Source of the DNA: Hemiscyllium ocellatum
Lineage: Eukaryota
Direction of reading: 5' to 3'
Assembly (NCBI RefSeq): GCF_020745735.1
Contig: NW_026867607.1
Coordinates: 744,001 to 808,000 of the forward strand
DNA: 64,000 nucleotides
Every line of letters begins with the position of its first letter. Positions within the stretch are counted from its first letter, which is position 1. This document shows positions 1 to 12,347 of this stretch, piece by piece. The position numbers were made by a program, and so were the translations under genes. The notes beneath the pieces are model-generated. The model searched no databases, had not been told where the DNA came from, and was given only the letters and a program-made list of their open reading frames with translations.

Positions 1-1997
1 ACTTCAGGAGATCTCCCACCCACAGCTTCCAAACTCATAGTCCGGAAACCCTGCACTGCGCGGTTCTACCTCCTTCCCAAGATCCACAAGCCTGCCCACC
101 TTCGCCGACCCATTGTCTCAGCATGCTCCTGCCCCACTGAACTCATCTCTACCAACCTCGACACTGTTCTATCACCCCTAGTCCAGGAAATCCCCACGTA
201 CGTTCGAGACACCACCCACGCCCTCCACCTCCTCCAAGACTTCCGTTTCCCCGGCCCACAACGCCTCATCTTCACCATGGATATCCAATTCTTCTACACC
301 TCCATCTGCCATGACCAGGGCCTCCAAGCCCTCCGTTTGTTCCTCTCAAGACGTCCTCAACAGTACCCTTCCACCGACACTATCATTCGTTTGGCCGAGC
401 TGGTCCTCACCCTTAACAATTTCTCGATTGAATCCTCCCACTTCCTCCAGACCATAGGGGTAGCCATTGGCACACGTATGGGCCCCAGCTATGCCTGTCT
501 CTTTGTTGGCTATGTAGAACGGTTGATCTTCCGTAATTACACCGGCACCACTCCCCACCTCTTCCTCCGCTACATTGATGACTGCATTGGTGCCACCTCA
601 TGCTCCCCCGAGGAGGTTGAGCAATTCATCAAATTCACCAACACATCCCACCCTGACCTTCAATTTACCTGGACCATCTCTGACACCTCCCTCCCCTTCT
701 TGGACCTCTCCATCTCCATTAATGATGACCGACTTGACACTGACATTCTTTTACAAACCCACCCACTCCCACAGTTACCTGGATTACACCTCTTCCCACC
801 CTATCTCTTGCAAAAATGCCATCCCGTATTCCCAATTCCTCTGCCTCCGCGGTATCTGCTCCCAGGGGGACCAGTTCCACCACAGAACACACCAGATGGC
901 CACCTTCTTTAGAGACCGCAATTTCCCTTCCCACGTGGTAAAGATGCCCTCCAATGCATCTCGTCCACATCCCGCACCTCCGCCCTCAGACCACACCTCT
1001 CCAACCGTAACAAGGACAGAACGCCCCTGGTTCTCACCTTCCACCTTACCAACCTTCGCATAAACCAAATAATCCACCGACATTTCCGCCAACTCCAAAA
1101 AGACCCCACCCTCCGGGATATATTTCCCTCCCCACCCCTTTCCGCCTTCCGCAAAAGACCGTTCCCTCCGTGACTACCTGGTCAGGTCGACTCCCCTCTA
1201 CGACCCACCCACCCATCCTGGCACTTTCCCCTGTCACCGCAGGAACTGTAAAACCTGTGCCCATACCTCCTCCCTCACTTCTATCCAAGGCCCTAAAGGA
1301 GCCATCCACATCCATCAAAGTTTTACCTGCACATCCACTAATATCATTTATTTTATATGTTGCTCCCAATGCGATCTCCTCTACATTGGGCAGACTGGGC
1401 GCCGCCTAGCAGAGCGCTTTAGGAAACATCTCCGAGATACACGCACCAATCAACCACACCGCCCCGTGGCCCAACATTTCAACTCCCCCTCCAACTCTGC
1501 CGAGTACATGGAGGTCCTGGGCGTCCTTCACCGCCGCTCCCTCACCACCAGACGCCTGGAGGAAGAACGCCTCATCTTCCGCCTCGTAACACTTCCACCC
1601 CGGGCATCAATGTGGACTTCAACAGCTTCATCATTTCCCCTTCCCCCATCTCATCCTAGTTTCAAACTTTCAGTTCAGCACTCTCCCCATGACTTGTCCG
1701 GACTTGTCCGACCTGCCTATCTTCTTTTCCACCTATCCACTCCACCTTCTCCTACATGACCTATCACCTTCATCTCCTCCCCCACTCAACCATTGTACTC
1801 GATGTTACTCTCTGCCCACCCCACTCTCCTCTAGCTCATCTCTCCATGCTTCCAGCTCACTGCCTTTATTCCTGATGAAGGGCTTTTGCCCGAAACGTCG
1901 ATTTCGCTGCTCGTTGGATGCTGCCTGAACTGCTGTGCTCTTCCAGCACCACTGATCCAGAATCTGGTTTCCAGCATCTGCAGTCATTGTTTTTACC
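1..1997 (+). mobile_element. Penelope-like retroelement (Neptune-type RT + GIY-YIG endonuclease), frameshifted, 5' end outside window
   Basis: RT motifs GTRMGPSYACLF and FLRYIDD (ORF 277-912). Thumb FYKPTHSHSYLDYTSSHP...IPYSQFL (ORF 575-1063). Cys linker GTFPCHRRNCKTC (~1220-1258). GIY-YIG FTCTSTNIIYFICCSQCDLLYIGQTGRRLAERF (~1322-1420). 3' terminal repeat carries a hammerhead core. Confidence 0.92.
1867..1904 (+). ncRNA. Minimal type I hammerhead ribozyme motif in the Penelope terminal repeat
   Basis: attc-CTGATGA-a-gggc-tttt-gccc-GAAA-c-GTC-gatt: both core boxes, 4-bp stem II, GUC triplet. Activity not shown. Confidence 0.7.
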
Positions 1998-1999
1998 AT

Positions 2000-3400
2000 G
2001 TTGTGCAGGCAAGACGATATTAAGCCCAAAAAATTCCCAAGGCCGGATGCGATCTTTCCCAGATCGCTGAGGCAGTTGGGAGAGGAAATGTCTGGAACCC
2101 TGGCAATACCTTTGTAACATTCCACGACACAGATGAAGTGCCAGAGGACTGTATGGTTGTTCATGCTGTCCCACTGTACAAGAAGTGGAGTAAGGACAAC
2201 TACAGACCATTGAGCCTGACTTCAGTGGTGTGGAACTTGCCAGAGAAGGTCATGGGGAACAAAATATTTCCATTCCAATATTTGGAAAGAAAAGGGGTTA
2301 CCAGTGAGAGGCAACATGTTGTAGTTTGGTGGGGATATCGCGCCAAACCAACTTAATCCAGTTATTTGAGGAAGTGACCAAGTTAATAGATGAGGACGGG
2401 TTGTTGATGTCATATCCATGGATTTAGAAAGTCGTTTGATAAGATTACCCACAATAAACTAACGGCGAAAGTGAAGTTACATAGTCTGCAGACGGTTCTA
2501 GCTAGGTGTCTAAAACACTGGTAGAGCAACAGGTGACAAAGGGCGGAAGTTGAATAGAGTTTTGAGAAATGGAGAAACGTGACCATTGGTGTTCCATAGC
2601 ATTCAGTTCTACAGCCACTTCTGTGTGTGATACATATAAATGATCTGGAAGATTGCATTGTTGGTCTGATAAATAAGGTCCAGATGATATGAAGGTTGTT
2701 ACAGTAGCAGAAAGCATAGCAATCTGTCAAACAATACCGGAAAATGTAAAAAGAGTGTGCAAAATGCATATAGTATGCCTGCCCTCTTCAGACAGGATAT
2801 TGAGCATATGAGCTGTCATGTCATGTTTAATTGTGCAAGAAATTGGTTTGGCTGCATTTAGAATACTATGTACAGTTCTGTTTCCCATATTACCACAATC
2901 TGTGGACGCTTTGGAAAGGCTGCTGAGAAGGTTTACGAGGATGTTGCTTGGCATGGGAGGTTCTAGCTACGAAGAGAGGTTGAGGAGGTTAGGACTGTTT
3001 ACATTCGAAAAAAGGAGATTGAGCAGGGACCTGATTAAGGTCTACAAACTATGAAGGGTGTCGGCAGGATGGATGGATACAAGCTTTTTCCCAATGTGAA
3101 GGATTCAATGACATGAGGTCAGGCATTCTAGGTGAAAGGTGAAAGGTTTCAGGCGATACACGCGGCAAATACTTTACGTGGAAGGTGTTAGGTGGCTGGA
3201 ACGTGTTGCCATCAGAGGTTTTCGAGGTAGGCACAGTAGATTCATGTCAGGTGAATTTGGTAAGATGCATTGGTAGGTGAGATGCAGAGGGATACAGATG
3301 CTGAGGTGATGAGCCATATATTTAGACTGTTAATTTGGATTGACTCAGGCTTGGAGGGCAGAATGGCCTGTTCCTGGGCTGTAAATTTTCCTTGTTTTTT
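2000..3400 (+). mobile_element. CR1 LINE, degraded 3' part of ORF2
   Basis: VPLYKKWSKDNYRPLSLTSVV and LERLLRRFTRMLLGMGGSSYEERLRRLGLF motifs; CR1-type 3' UTR. Confidence 0.85.
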
Positions 3401-3429
3401 TGTTGTTGTTCTTCTATTAATGTGCCACA

Positions 3430-4025
3430 ATTGGAGAAAGGCCCTTTGGCCCAAGTTGGTCCATGCTGTTCAAAATGTCCATCCGTGCTGAGTCCATTAT
3501 CATGCATTTGGCCCATATTCTTTTGCTGCTTTCCTTACAATTTATTTTCCAAATGCAATTTAAGTGTTGTTAACGTATTTGCTTCAACCATTTTCGTTGG
3601 CTGCTCATTCCACATGAGGACCACTCTGTTAATAAACAAGTTCACCCTCAAGTTCCGTTTTATTCTTTCCCAGCTAATCTTAAACTGATGCCATCTTGTC
3701 CTCGTTTCCCCAACCATGGCAAAAAAGACTGACTGCATTCACCATATTCCTGTGTCTCATGATTTTGTACACGTTTGTAAGCTTCCCCCTCAGTCTTCAA
3801 TGCTCAATATACAAAAGTGAACTTCCTCGTCCAATCTCTCCCTATAACTCAGGCCATTAAGTCCAGGGAACTTCCTTGTCAGTAGATGCAATCTTTCTAG
3901 TTTAATGTCATATTCGCTATAACAGGTTGACCAAAACCTGTTGAAATACTCCCAGTGCCATCTCACCAACCTCCTGTATAACTGCAACATAATTTTCCAA
4001 CATTTTTACTGTATGCCCTGACTGA
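3430..4025 (-). mobile_element. CR1 LINE 3' fragment
   Basis: Minus ORFs MLQLYRRLVRWHWEYF...WST and TRTRWHQFK...RVVLMWN; tail-to-tail with the previous copy. Confidence 0.8.
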
Positions 4026-4029
4026 AGAC

Positions 4030-4112
4030 TTATTAGAGTGGTAAGCACAGCAGGTCAGGCAGTATCCGAGGAGGGGGACAATCGACGTTTTTGGCAAAAG
4101 CATTAATCAGGT
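4030..4112 (-). mobile_element. Degraded Penelope terminal-repeat fragment
   Basis: Reverse-complement similarity to 1870-1960 (gcacagcaggtcaggcagtatccgag...atcgacgttt...atcagg). Confidence 0.7.
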
Positions 4113-4349
4113 ATACATATTAGTTTGTTAATATAAAGTATGTGCAGTTCAGATCACGTTTACTGTAACAACTTCCATCTTGCCACATTGAAATACATAC
4201 ATAATTAAACACGACATTTGCTGTTTTTGGCCAACCAATCAGCACGCATAACAAAGTTTGAGCACTTACAACGTCAGTATATAATTGAGAAATAAATTAT
4301 AAAGCCAAACATGTTTCAAGAAATGCTTTCTGGAACTCAGTCCACTCCA

Positions 4350-4620
4350 GCCACTTGGTCATTATCACCAATGAAATTGTCACCATCACAGTGAACTCAT
4401 ATGGATTGGTGAAATATACTTTACACGTGTAAAATCCTGTTGATTCTGTCGAACCAATGGCATTGCAACGTCTCACGTCCTCTCTCACTTGTTGAGTGAA
4501 TGAATAACATTCGCTTTCTCCTCATAAAATGGGACCATCCCATACCCAGATGTATTTTGGAACATACAAAATAAAACATACCAATCTCACAGACAATGTC
4601 TCTCTCTTTCGAAGTGGTGT
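4350..4620 (-). pseudogene. Probable decayed Ig-like (C2/I-set) domain
   Basis: One frame reads SVRLVC...YIWVWDG..*..ESTGFYTCKV. B-strand Cys, C-strand Trp and YxC are present, Cys-Cys spacing is 51 aa, one stop. Confidence 0.45.
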
Positions 4621-5489
4621 TTCAGACTTTTCACAAATTCTCAATGCCTTAGTTTCTGGTTTTATTGTTGTTTCTTCGATTACATGTCTATCCCTTATGT
4701 GGAGAACTGATTCAAAGTATCAATTCAATTCATCGCCTTTTCAATATTTTCTATTATTACCTCTCGATTTTCACGCCGTGATAGGCCAACGCTCACTTTG
4801 TCAAATCTTTGCTTCTTTCAAAATGTTCAAATAGAAAATCCCATTATCTACTATTGCATCATTGAGTGTTTTCACTTCTGTAGTCATAATTGATGTTTTC
4901 TTTTTTATGTGTATGTTTTGCCCACTCTTCCGACGTGAGTCAATTTGTGCACAATTGAATGCATTTTTAAAAAAATTTCCTATTTTATTTTTCTCGTCTG
5001 GTTAATTATGGATTGCTTGGACTTTAATTAATTGTTGGAATTCATGACTCAGATTTGCCATTGTCTGGACAGTCATTATGCAGGTATTAATAGGAGCAAG
5101 CCTTGAGAAGATTTGAGCAGAGCATACATCATCGCACACTTTGAAGCTCAGCAGCATACGTGCGATGCCGTTGTAGGATTCCAACTCTCAGCTGACCGGA
5201 CTCAGTTCTTACATTTTCATGTGATGTGTGATAACATCCTTAAATAGACTGATTCGAAAATATTGAACTATCTGTGAACACACTTCTCAGGAAGTTGAAT
5301 TCCCCACTAAATAGGAGCTCCAAGCCTGCATTTTTCTGCCGTCTGCAACTAACTTAGATTATTTTCATAAAGTGCAGAAATAAAAGGTCTGTTCAGGTAA
5401 ATTTGGACTGTTAGGACATGATCTAACTCCAGGATAACTCCTCAATTTCTTCACTGCATACATAATGCAAATTCCATCAGGCACCTTAC

Positions 5490-6224
5490 ATCTCCGAGAC
5501 ATGGAAACGCTTTCCCTTGTTTCCACCTGACACAGACCCGACCCACTTGCATCCCTCAATGTACAAATCCCAATATCCCACGTTGTAGCGGATCATTTCT
5601 GTGTTCTTCATCTGATCATCGGACAGGTGGAAAAGGCATAATGCTATCTTCTCTCAACCTTTCATCCAAAGGCGAATGTCAACACGATAACGCCACGATC
5701 CATGTATCTGTCTATCAATGAATTCTGAGCAGCCTTCTTTGTTGCAGCTGCAGAGGTAAAAACTTAGAGGAAAAGTATTTCACTCAGTATAATTGAACAG
5801 TACAACATTTTCACCTCTGCAATTTCTCTCAAATATGAAACACGCAGAGGCACTTGCATTGGCTGTGATGACCCAAAATTTTCTTCGAAAATAGAACTGT
5901 TTAATTGCTGTTAACAATCTGCATTCAAGAATATGGTTCAGTATAGATGTGTCAGATAAAACGTGTTTTCTGTACCAGGTGTATATTACTGCTTCGTTAT
6001 CTATTCAGTGCATTGTTGAAGACAGTGATTTCTCATTCCTGTACGCCATTTGCATTAACAAGCTGGCCCTGCACATGTTAGTGATATCCAGTTCGTATAA
6101 TTTAACCGTCCGTAATCCTGTCGCAATATCTACCATCAGAGTGTAGCTTCCATTGAGGGCTGCTTCAACTGTGTACAGAATTTTAGGAAAAATAGTAGCT
6201 TAATAACTCAGGCAGCCAGTGAGC
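5490..6224 (-). pseudogene. Probable decayed Ig-superfamily (CD2/CEACAM/HEPACAM-like) exons
   Basis: ~130-codon frame (~6200 to 5815) with one stop: ATIFPKILYTVEAALNGSYTLMV...YELDI...TMH*IDNEAVIYTWYRK...FWVITANAS. Phase-1 GT at 5814, AG at 5749-5748, next donor GTAAGG near 5489. Confidence 0.45.
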
Positions 6225-8919
6225 TGAAAGCAAATGTTATTTTTTGAAGGCACACACACAAACATAAAAAAAACACGACATTTTTTCTCCACAAGGCAGT
6301 GCCATTCTTTAGATTGTTACATAACGGTAATTATTAGCACAGGATGCAGTCATACCTATCACATATTTGTTAAGATGCAAAAGACGTACCCCTCATACTA
6401 TTGAATAATAACATCCCAGAAAAGTTCGTCTTGCTTTGTAACCTGATAAAAATGAGTGGGTGATAGAAAATGCCCGAATTCCACTTTTCACAGAAAGAAA
6501 ATCGTGTTTTCTAACTCTCACAGTGAACAATAAACAAAACGTATTAACAAATCTGAGCACCTTTTCAAAGAATAATTACTATCTGAACCCAATTGTTTTG
6601 AACTGCCTCTCCTGTAGCCATTGTTTCTACTTTACGTCTATGCAGTTTCGTATGCTTTCTTGCTGTCAGTCTTCTGAATCTGTTGCTTCTGAATGTCATG
6701 CTGAATCTGCTGTCTTCACTATGTGTCATCTTCTGACTTTGTTTTAAACTGTTATTTTTTTACTGGAAAATTGTACTTTGATAGATATTGCATCCTGACA
6801 GAATTTTGTTCGAGAGCTCCTTCCAGATGTGCTCTCAAATTCGATGGTAATTCCTTTTTCCAACTTTCAAAATATCCTTATTTCTTTATCCAGAATACAT
6901 CTGAAATTCGTATATTAAGATTGGTTTCAGGCAGTCAACGTCATCATATTTTATATTCGATTCGCTTTAAAAAGTTGAGAGTTTGTTTGAAATGAATTGT
7001 TAAGATTTAAATTGTAGTGAAAGCAGCAACCAAAACTCAGGTACTCATTCATCAGCCAAGTTTGGAACAGCCCATCTATTAACTGTTATGTGCACTGGCA
7101 GTGTTTCCTGTAACATAAACTCAGAAAATGGTCTTAAAGCGACTATTTATTCTTCCGACTACGTAACAGAATGAAAAGAAAACAAGCATCACATCTCATA
7201 CAATTTTACAGAAGGTTGATTGTTGATGGCGCACTTGCCAGTTCAGCCAATAACAGCAAGTGTATGACATTAAATTTTAAACAGACTGCTGATTCGGTAG
7301 GGTAGTGCATTTCTATCTAAAATTTCTCTTTTTTAAATGGAGGCAAAACTCACTATATTAACCGCTGAGTCAGTAGAATCTCAAAGCATTCACGTTATAT
7401 GCTATTAGATCCCGATAACATGTTGCAGCAGGTGACGACATGAATGCGAAGCATGCCATGACAATCAATTCCCTGTTCTGGTGCCACATATTGAGTAACC
7501 AGTTTCAGTTGCAGAATTCTGATCGCAACAATTTAATCATTTGTTTTCTTTGAAATGCAATTTCCCAACCTGAGGATAATTCATTCAGCACCAGAGAATG
7601 CGCTCTTGTGTCTCATGCTGCTTCAGCAGCATCCTGTTGAGATTATGATCATTCAGTCATTACTATAGGAATATTGACTCTCTTGTTGCTTGGTTCTTTT
7701 CCCCGGCCGTGGATTACTTTTTTTAAATTCGCAAATGATAGTTATCCTTTTAATATTTACAGAATACTTGTGATTCGTTTTAAAACTGTGCATTTCAAGA
7801 GCCATGACTAATAAAAAATTATTTGCAGTGCTTTGTACAGTCGGAAAAATGTAGTGGGGCAAGTTTACAAGGGATATCAGTGACTGTAAAGGCACAATGA
7901 GCCAAAAGACCGAACAATCTGTTCTGGAAAACTTGCTACAAAACACCTAGAAATGTACACTTCTGGAAGAGTGTCTTGGAGATGAGTTAGAGAAAATACT
8001 CTTCAGGATGATGCTGGGTAAAAGAAAAATATAAAATGTGAAGTGCTAATAATGAAGGGCAAGAAAACCAATGTCTTTTGCATCAGAAATGGAATGGAAC
8101 TCTGCGTTACTGACGTTCATGTGAAAAGTTTTAACTCGGCATTTTGCGCATTTAATAACAGAGATGGTGAACGTCCACTCAAAGTATATCCACTGAAAAT
8201 CGTAAAATAGAACAAACCAATGCTGAACTCGATGGATGGTGAGGGACAGAAAAACATAAATTAAAACATGTCACTAAGACTGATCTTAAGGAGCAAACTC
8301 AAAGCTTATTGCTTTGTTGAAGTCTCCGTCATTGATGAACTTAAAACCTGGTGACTGCCTGATAATAAAAAAAACAGTTCTATCATTGCTCTGAATAGGA
8401 AACAATGTTCTTTTTTTTCTTGGCCAGCACATGACAGCTCGCGCTTTATGATTTCAATCAGCAATATAACACAGGCACTCTACTTCATTAGGATTGATAA
8501 GCAAAACGTGAACCAATTTTGATGTGTTTGTTAAACCTTCATTTGTCGTGTTCTCACACTAAAGTTCGACGTGCCTCACATGGTGACCGAGAAAGAAAAA
8601 AATGAATAAGTATCTAACCTGTAATTCAGTCTCTGGGCAAAGTCCCCTGATTGTCTGACCTAGATCTAGACTGTAGAACCTTGCTTTGTTTACTCATGAA
8701 ATGACTGCTTGATCTGACTGGATCGTTCAGTACTTGTTCGAGCTACACTCTAATCTTGGATTGTGCCTAAACAACGCGTTTGTACAGCAATTAAGATTCT
8801 CGTGCATAATTCTGTGGTTTTCAAATATAAGATTAGAAGTAATGTCATCCTAACGATTGTTTCCATGCTATACATCTCTATGACTATGACTCTATGCTAT
8901 TATATGGAAACATAAAACA

Positions 8920-9080
8920 CAAAATGAGGAAACATCACAGAAGCACTTCACAGGAGGGTCCCAAGCACTGAGGATGTCAACTAGACAGGGGACGAAACGT
9001 CCGCAACACAAATTCGCAACTCGGTGAACAAAGCCACAACAATGAGCACCCGAGCTACCAACTTTCTCACAAACTTTCAA
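8920..9080 (+). mobile_element. Penelope-type terminal repeat of a second family, with hammerhead core
   Basis: gca-CTGAGGA-t-gtc...gac-GAAA-c-GTC-cgc at ~8965-9004. Confidence 0.6.
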
Positions 9081-9112
9081 AATACAAAATTCGCTGATCA
9101 AAAGAGGATGAA

Positions 9113-9452
9113 GGGCGGCACAGCACTGCAGTGGGTCGCACTTCTCCCTCACAGGACACGTGTCGTGAAATCCATTCCGCCGTTGGGCTACAGTTTGCCT
9201 GAAGTTTTACCTGCCCCCATTTCTTTGTGGGTTTCCGCTGGCAGCTGTGGTTTCCTCCCACGGCCCGAACATGCGCAGGTGACGTGACTTGCTCATAGAG
9301 TTCAGGGATATTGTAGGTTAGGTGCAATAGCCATGGGTAATGTAGAATGAAAGAAAAAGGTTCGTCGAATGATCTGGGTGAGATGCTCTTCCTCAGGCTC
9401 GTGTGTAATTGTGAGCTGTATGGCCTGTTTCCACACTGCAGGGATTCTATGA
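9113..9452 (+). mobile_element. HE1-type tRNA-derived V-SINE, diverged
   Basis: gggcggcacagcactgcagtggg head, tgggtttccgctggcagctgtggtttcctccca V-like core, ggcctgtttccacactg tail; similar to 32568-32890. Confidence 0.75.
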
Positions 9453-10199
9453 AGCTGGAGGTTATTGTGAATTTTATATCACCAATATCATTTACCCTTA
9501 TATTTCTGCATCATTGCAATGTTTTTTAATGCCCTGAATTCTCATGCCATTACGGACACGACTGATCATCAAAATATATCAGACCGTTGAGTACCAGAGT
9601 GAACACGAATGAGACAAACGTTTCAAAAAGGTGGTAAGTCAGTCAAATAATTTATTTCTAAAACATTTACTTCTGATCGCAAAACTATGATATTTATCAG
9701 CTATCTCTCCAAGCTCATATGTAAAATACCCGAAGTTGTTTTCAAAACAGCGCAAAATGCAAGTACTTGCCATGATCATAACTTTCGTTTTTTATCATCT
9801 GCTGGCAATAAAATGGATATAAGTTGATCGGAAAACAATTTCATAATGAATGAAACTGAACAGTGTCTAATTACGAAGGAGAATAACATTCAAACTCACA
9901 TGGAGTGATGTCCATGAAGGCCAGTAGAGGACTATGATAACAGGAATGGGCTGGCGGGGTGAAGAGTTGCACCGGACTGAAGAGCACGTTGTCGTCGGCA
10001 TGCTGGTTAGGAATACAAGCAGTGCATCTTTGCAATGTTTCTTTCCTTCCATTCTCCTTAAAACAAAACAGGAAGTTGTGGGGTCAATAGATGTGACATT
10101 ACAAAATTGGTTGAGATCAGTGATAGAAGTAAGGTTCTAGCTTGAGAGGCTTTGGAACACAACGACCCCTACCCCCAAATGTTACCCATAAGCGCAGGT

Positions 10200-10720
10200 A
10201 AAGTTATTTAAACTTTATTTTTAATTTTACAGCAGTTAAGATGGCAGTTGGGCCAGTCACGTGCTCGCCGTGTAGGATGTGGAAGCTCTGGCGGACTTCC
10301 ATTGTCCCTGATCATGCAGCAGTGGAAGTAAACCGAGCTGCAGTTATTGGGAGACCGTGTTACGGAGTTGAAGCTAGATGCACTCAGGATTGTCTGAGAT
10401 GCAGACTGCTTCATAGATACAAGTTTTAATCAGGTGGTCCCAAGGGAGGTATAGGACGAGAGTAACTGGGTGATCACAAGCAAAAGCAAAGGGAATTTGC
10501 AGAGAACACAAGAATGCCATGTGGACATTCCCCTAAAAAAAAATAAGTATACATATTTGGATACTGTTCGGAGATGGGATGACCGTTCAGAGTAAAACAG
10601 CAGTAACCAGGTGGGTGGCACTGCGACTTGCTCTGGAACAGAGCAGAAAATGGTAAAGGTAAACAGGACATTTGTAATTGGAGAGTTGGTCGTTAAGTGG
10701 AACCGAAAATGCTCCTCCTC
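10200..10720 (+). mobile_element. CR1 ORF1 fragment
   Basis: MAVGPVTCSPCRMWKL zinc-finger start resembling ORF1 at 26948. Confidence 0.6.
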
Positions 10721-12128
10721 ATTGTGAACCACCAGGCTATTCTTTTTTGTCACCCACAATATTGTTTATTATTCCGCCCACCCTATCCTCCATTTTTCCA
10801 TCGTCATCATTTATGAATATCATAACAAACCTTGATTTTCCTTCTGTTCTCCAGATGTGAGTCACAGAAGAAGAATTGACAAACTCAGTCCCTTGTTTTT
10901 CTTACACTGTTGAATTTATACGGTAATGCAGTTGAGTTCTTTCTGAGAGAACCATAAGAAATATTTTGGGCATGGAGCTGAATTCTCCTTTTCCACTCTG
11001 TCCCACTGCTTGTTTTAATCATAAGGCTTGTAAGTCATTAATGTTGGACTCGGTTTTGGTATCTTATCCCGCAACATTTGTATTTTACGTGCAACTGGAA
11101 CATATTGTTGATAACATTCCCCGCAATAGTCAATAGCAGAAGGAGCTTTTCATCTGCAGGATGGGCACAAACCCATTCTTGAAGATTGTTTGTAATAGCT
11201 AGAGTGCTTGACAATGAGGAATCATAGGCAAGGGGATCAAATCATAATTTCATGACTACTTTGAATTGGAAGCATACTATGAGGAAAAACAAAACACTCT
11301 CTGTTCTTCAAATTGTCAGAAAAGTGAAAAGAAATGCTGACACAACACAATATGTGAGAAAAAATACATGTCGTATACATGTGTAGAGACAGAAATACAG
11401 GGCATGTGTAATATGAACAAGTATCAAGTATCAAAGAAACCGATAAGAAATATTTTCTTAATTTTCAATGGGACCCAGATCCAGATTTCCCAGAACAAGA
11501 TTGTTTGATCAGCTATAAATCGGTCTTGTTCAAGTACACACCTTTCCCTGTCACTAATATTTCATCTGCCATTCCGCCTCCTAATTAATTTTTCCTTACA
11601 GTCTTAGTTCCCTTGCATTGCCCCTTACTGCTGCGACAGACCCTTCCATTGATCAACTCCAACTATCCTCCTATTCTGCTACTCCCACTGTATGTCACTC
11701 CACTTCCTCTGATCACCTCTCTGACCCCCATCTCCTTCCCTTACTCTTTATGCTTTCCAACTAGGATGCTGGTAGTTGCTGACGTCTGTGTTGCTGTTGG
11801 GCATCAGTAACTGATGAGGTCGGAATTTTCAACTCCCAATAGGAACAGACAATAGTGTGTATTTGCACCATCTAGTCCACTATGGAAGAAATCGTTTTGC
11901 TCTCCATACTACAGAGTGGAGCATCTTTTTTCCTTTCTGTCAGAGCGCTTAACCAAACAACTTCATCAAAAGTATAACAAACGTCTCCTCATAAGAATTG
12001 GAAATTCGTGCATCAATTATCTTTTGAGAATTATGAGGACAGTGAACAGATTATTCAACCAGATGGTATTCTAACATTTTGTTCTTTGTTGTTTCAAATA
12101 ATGTGCAATCATCATTTGAGCTGACTGG

Positions 12129-12347
12129 AAACAATAAACACTGGAGATCACAACGGGTCCGAGCGCTTCCCTGGAAAGTGAGCACGCTAACCTTTCAAGT
12201 CTAGATTACTTCACCGGAGCTCTGATGAACAGTTATCTCGAATCGAAACGTTAGCTTGCTATGTGTCCATAGGTGCTGTCTGACACGTTGCAATCTTCAG
12301 CATTGGTTGTTTTGAGTACAGATTCCAGCATAGGCAGTAATTTGCTT
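12129..12347. repeat. Inverted (palindromic) pair of Penelope-type terminal repeats
   Basis: Centre gagctc at 12217-12222. agcacgctaacctttc (12181-12196) matches the reverse complement of gaaacgttagcttgct (12245-12260) at 14/16. CTGATGA...GAAA on the right arm. Confidence 0.65.
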
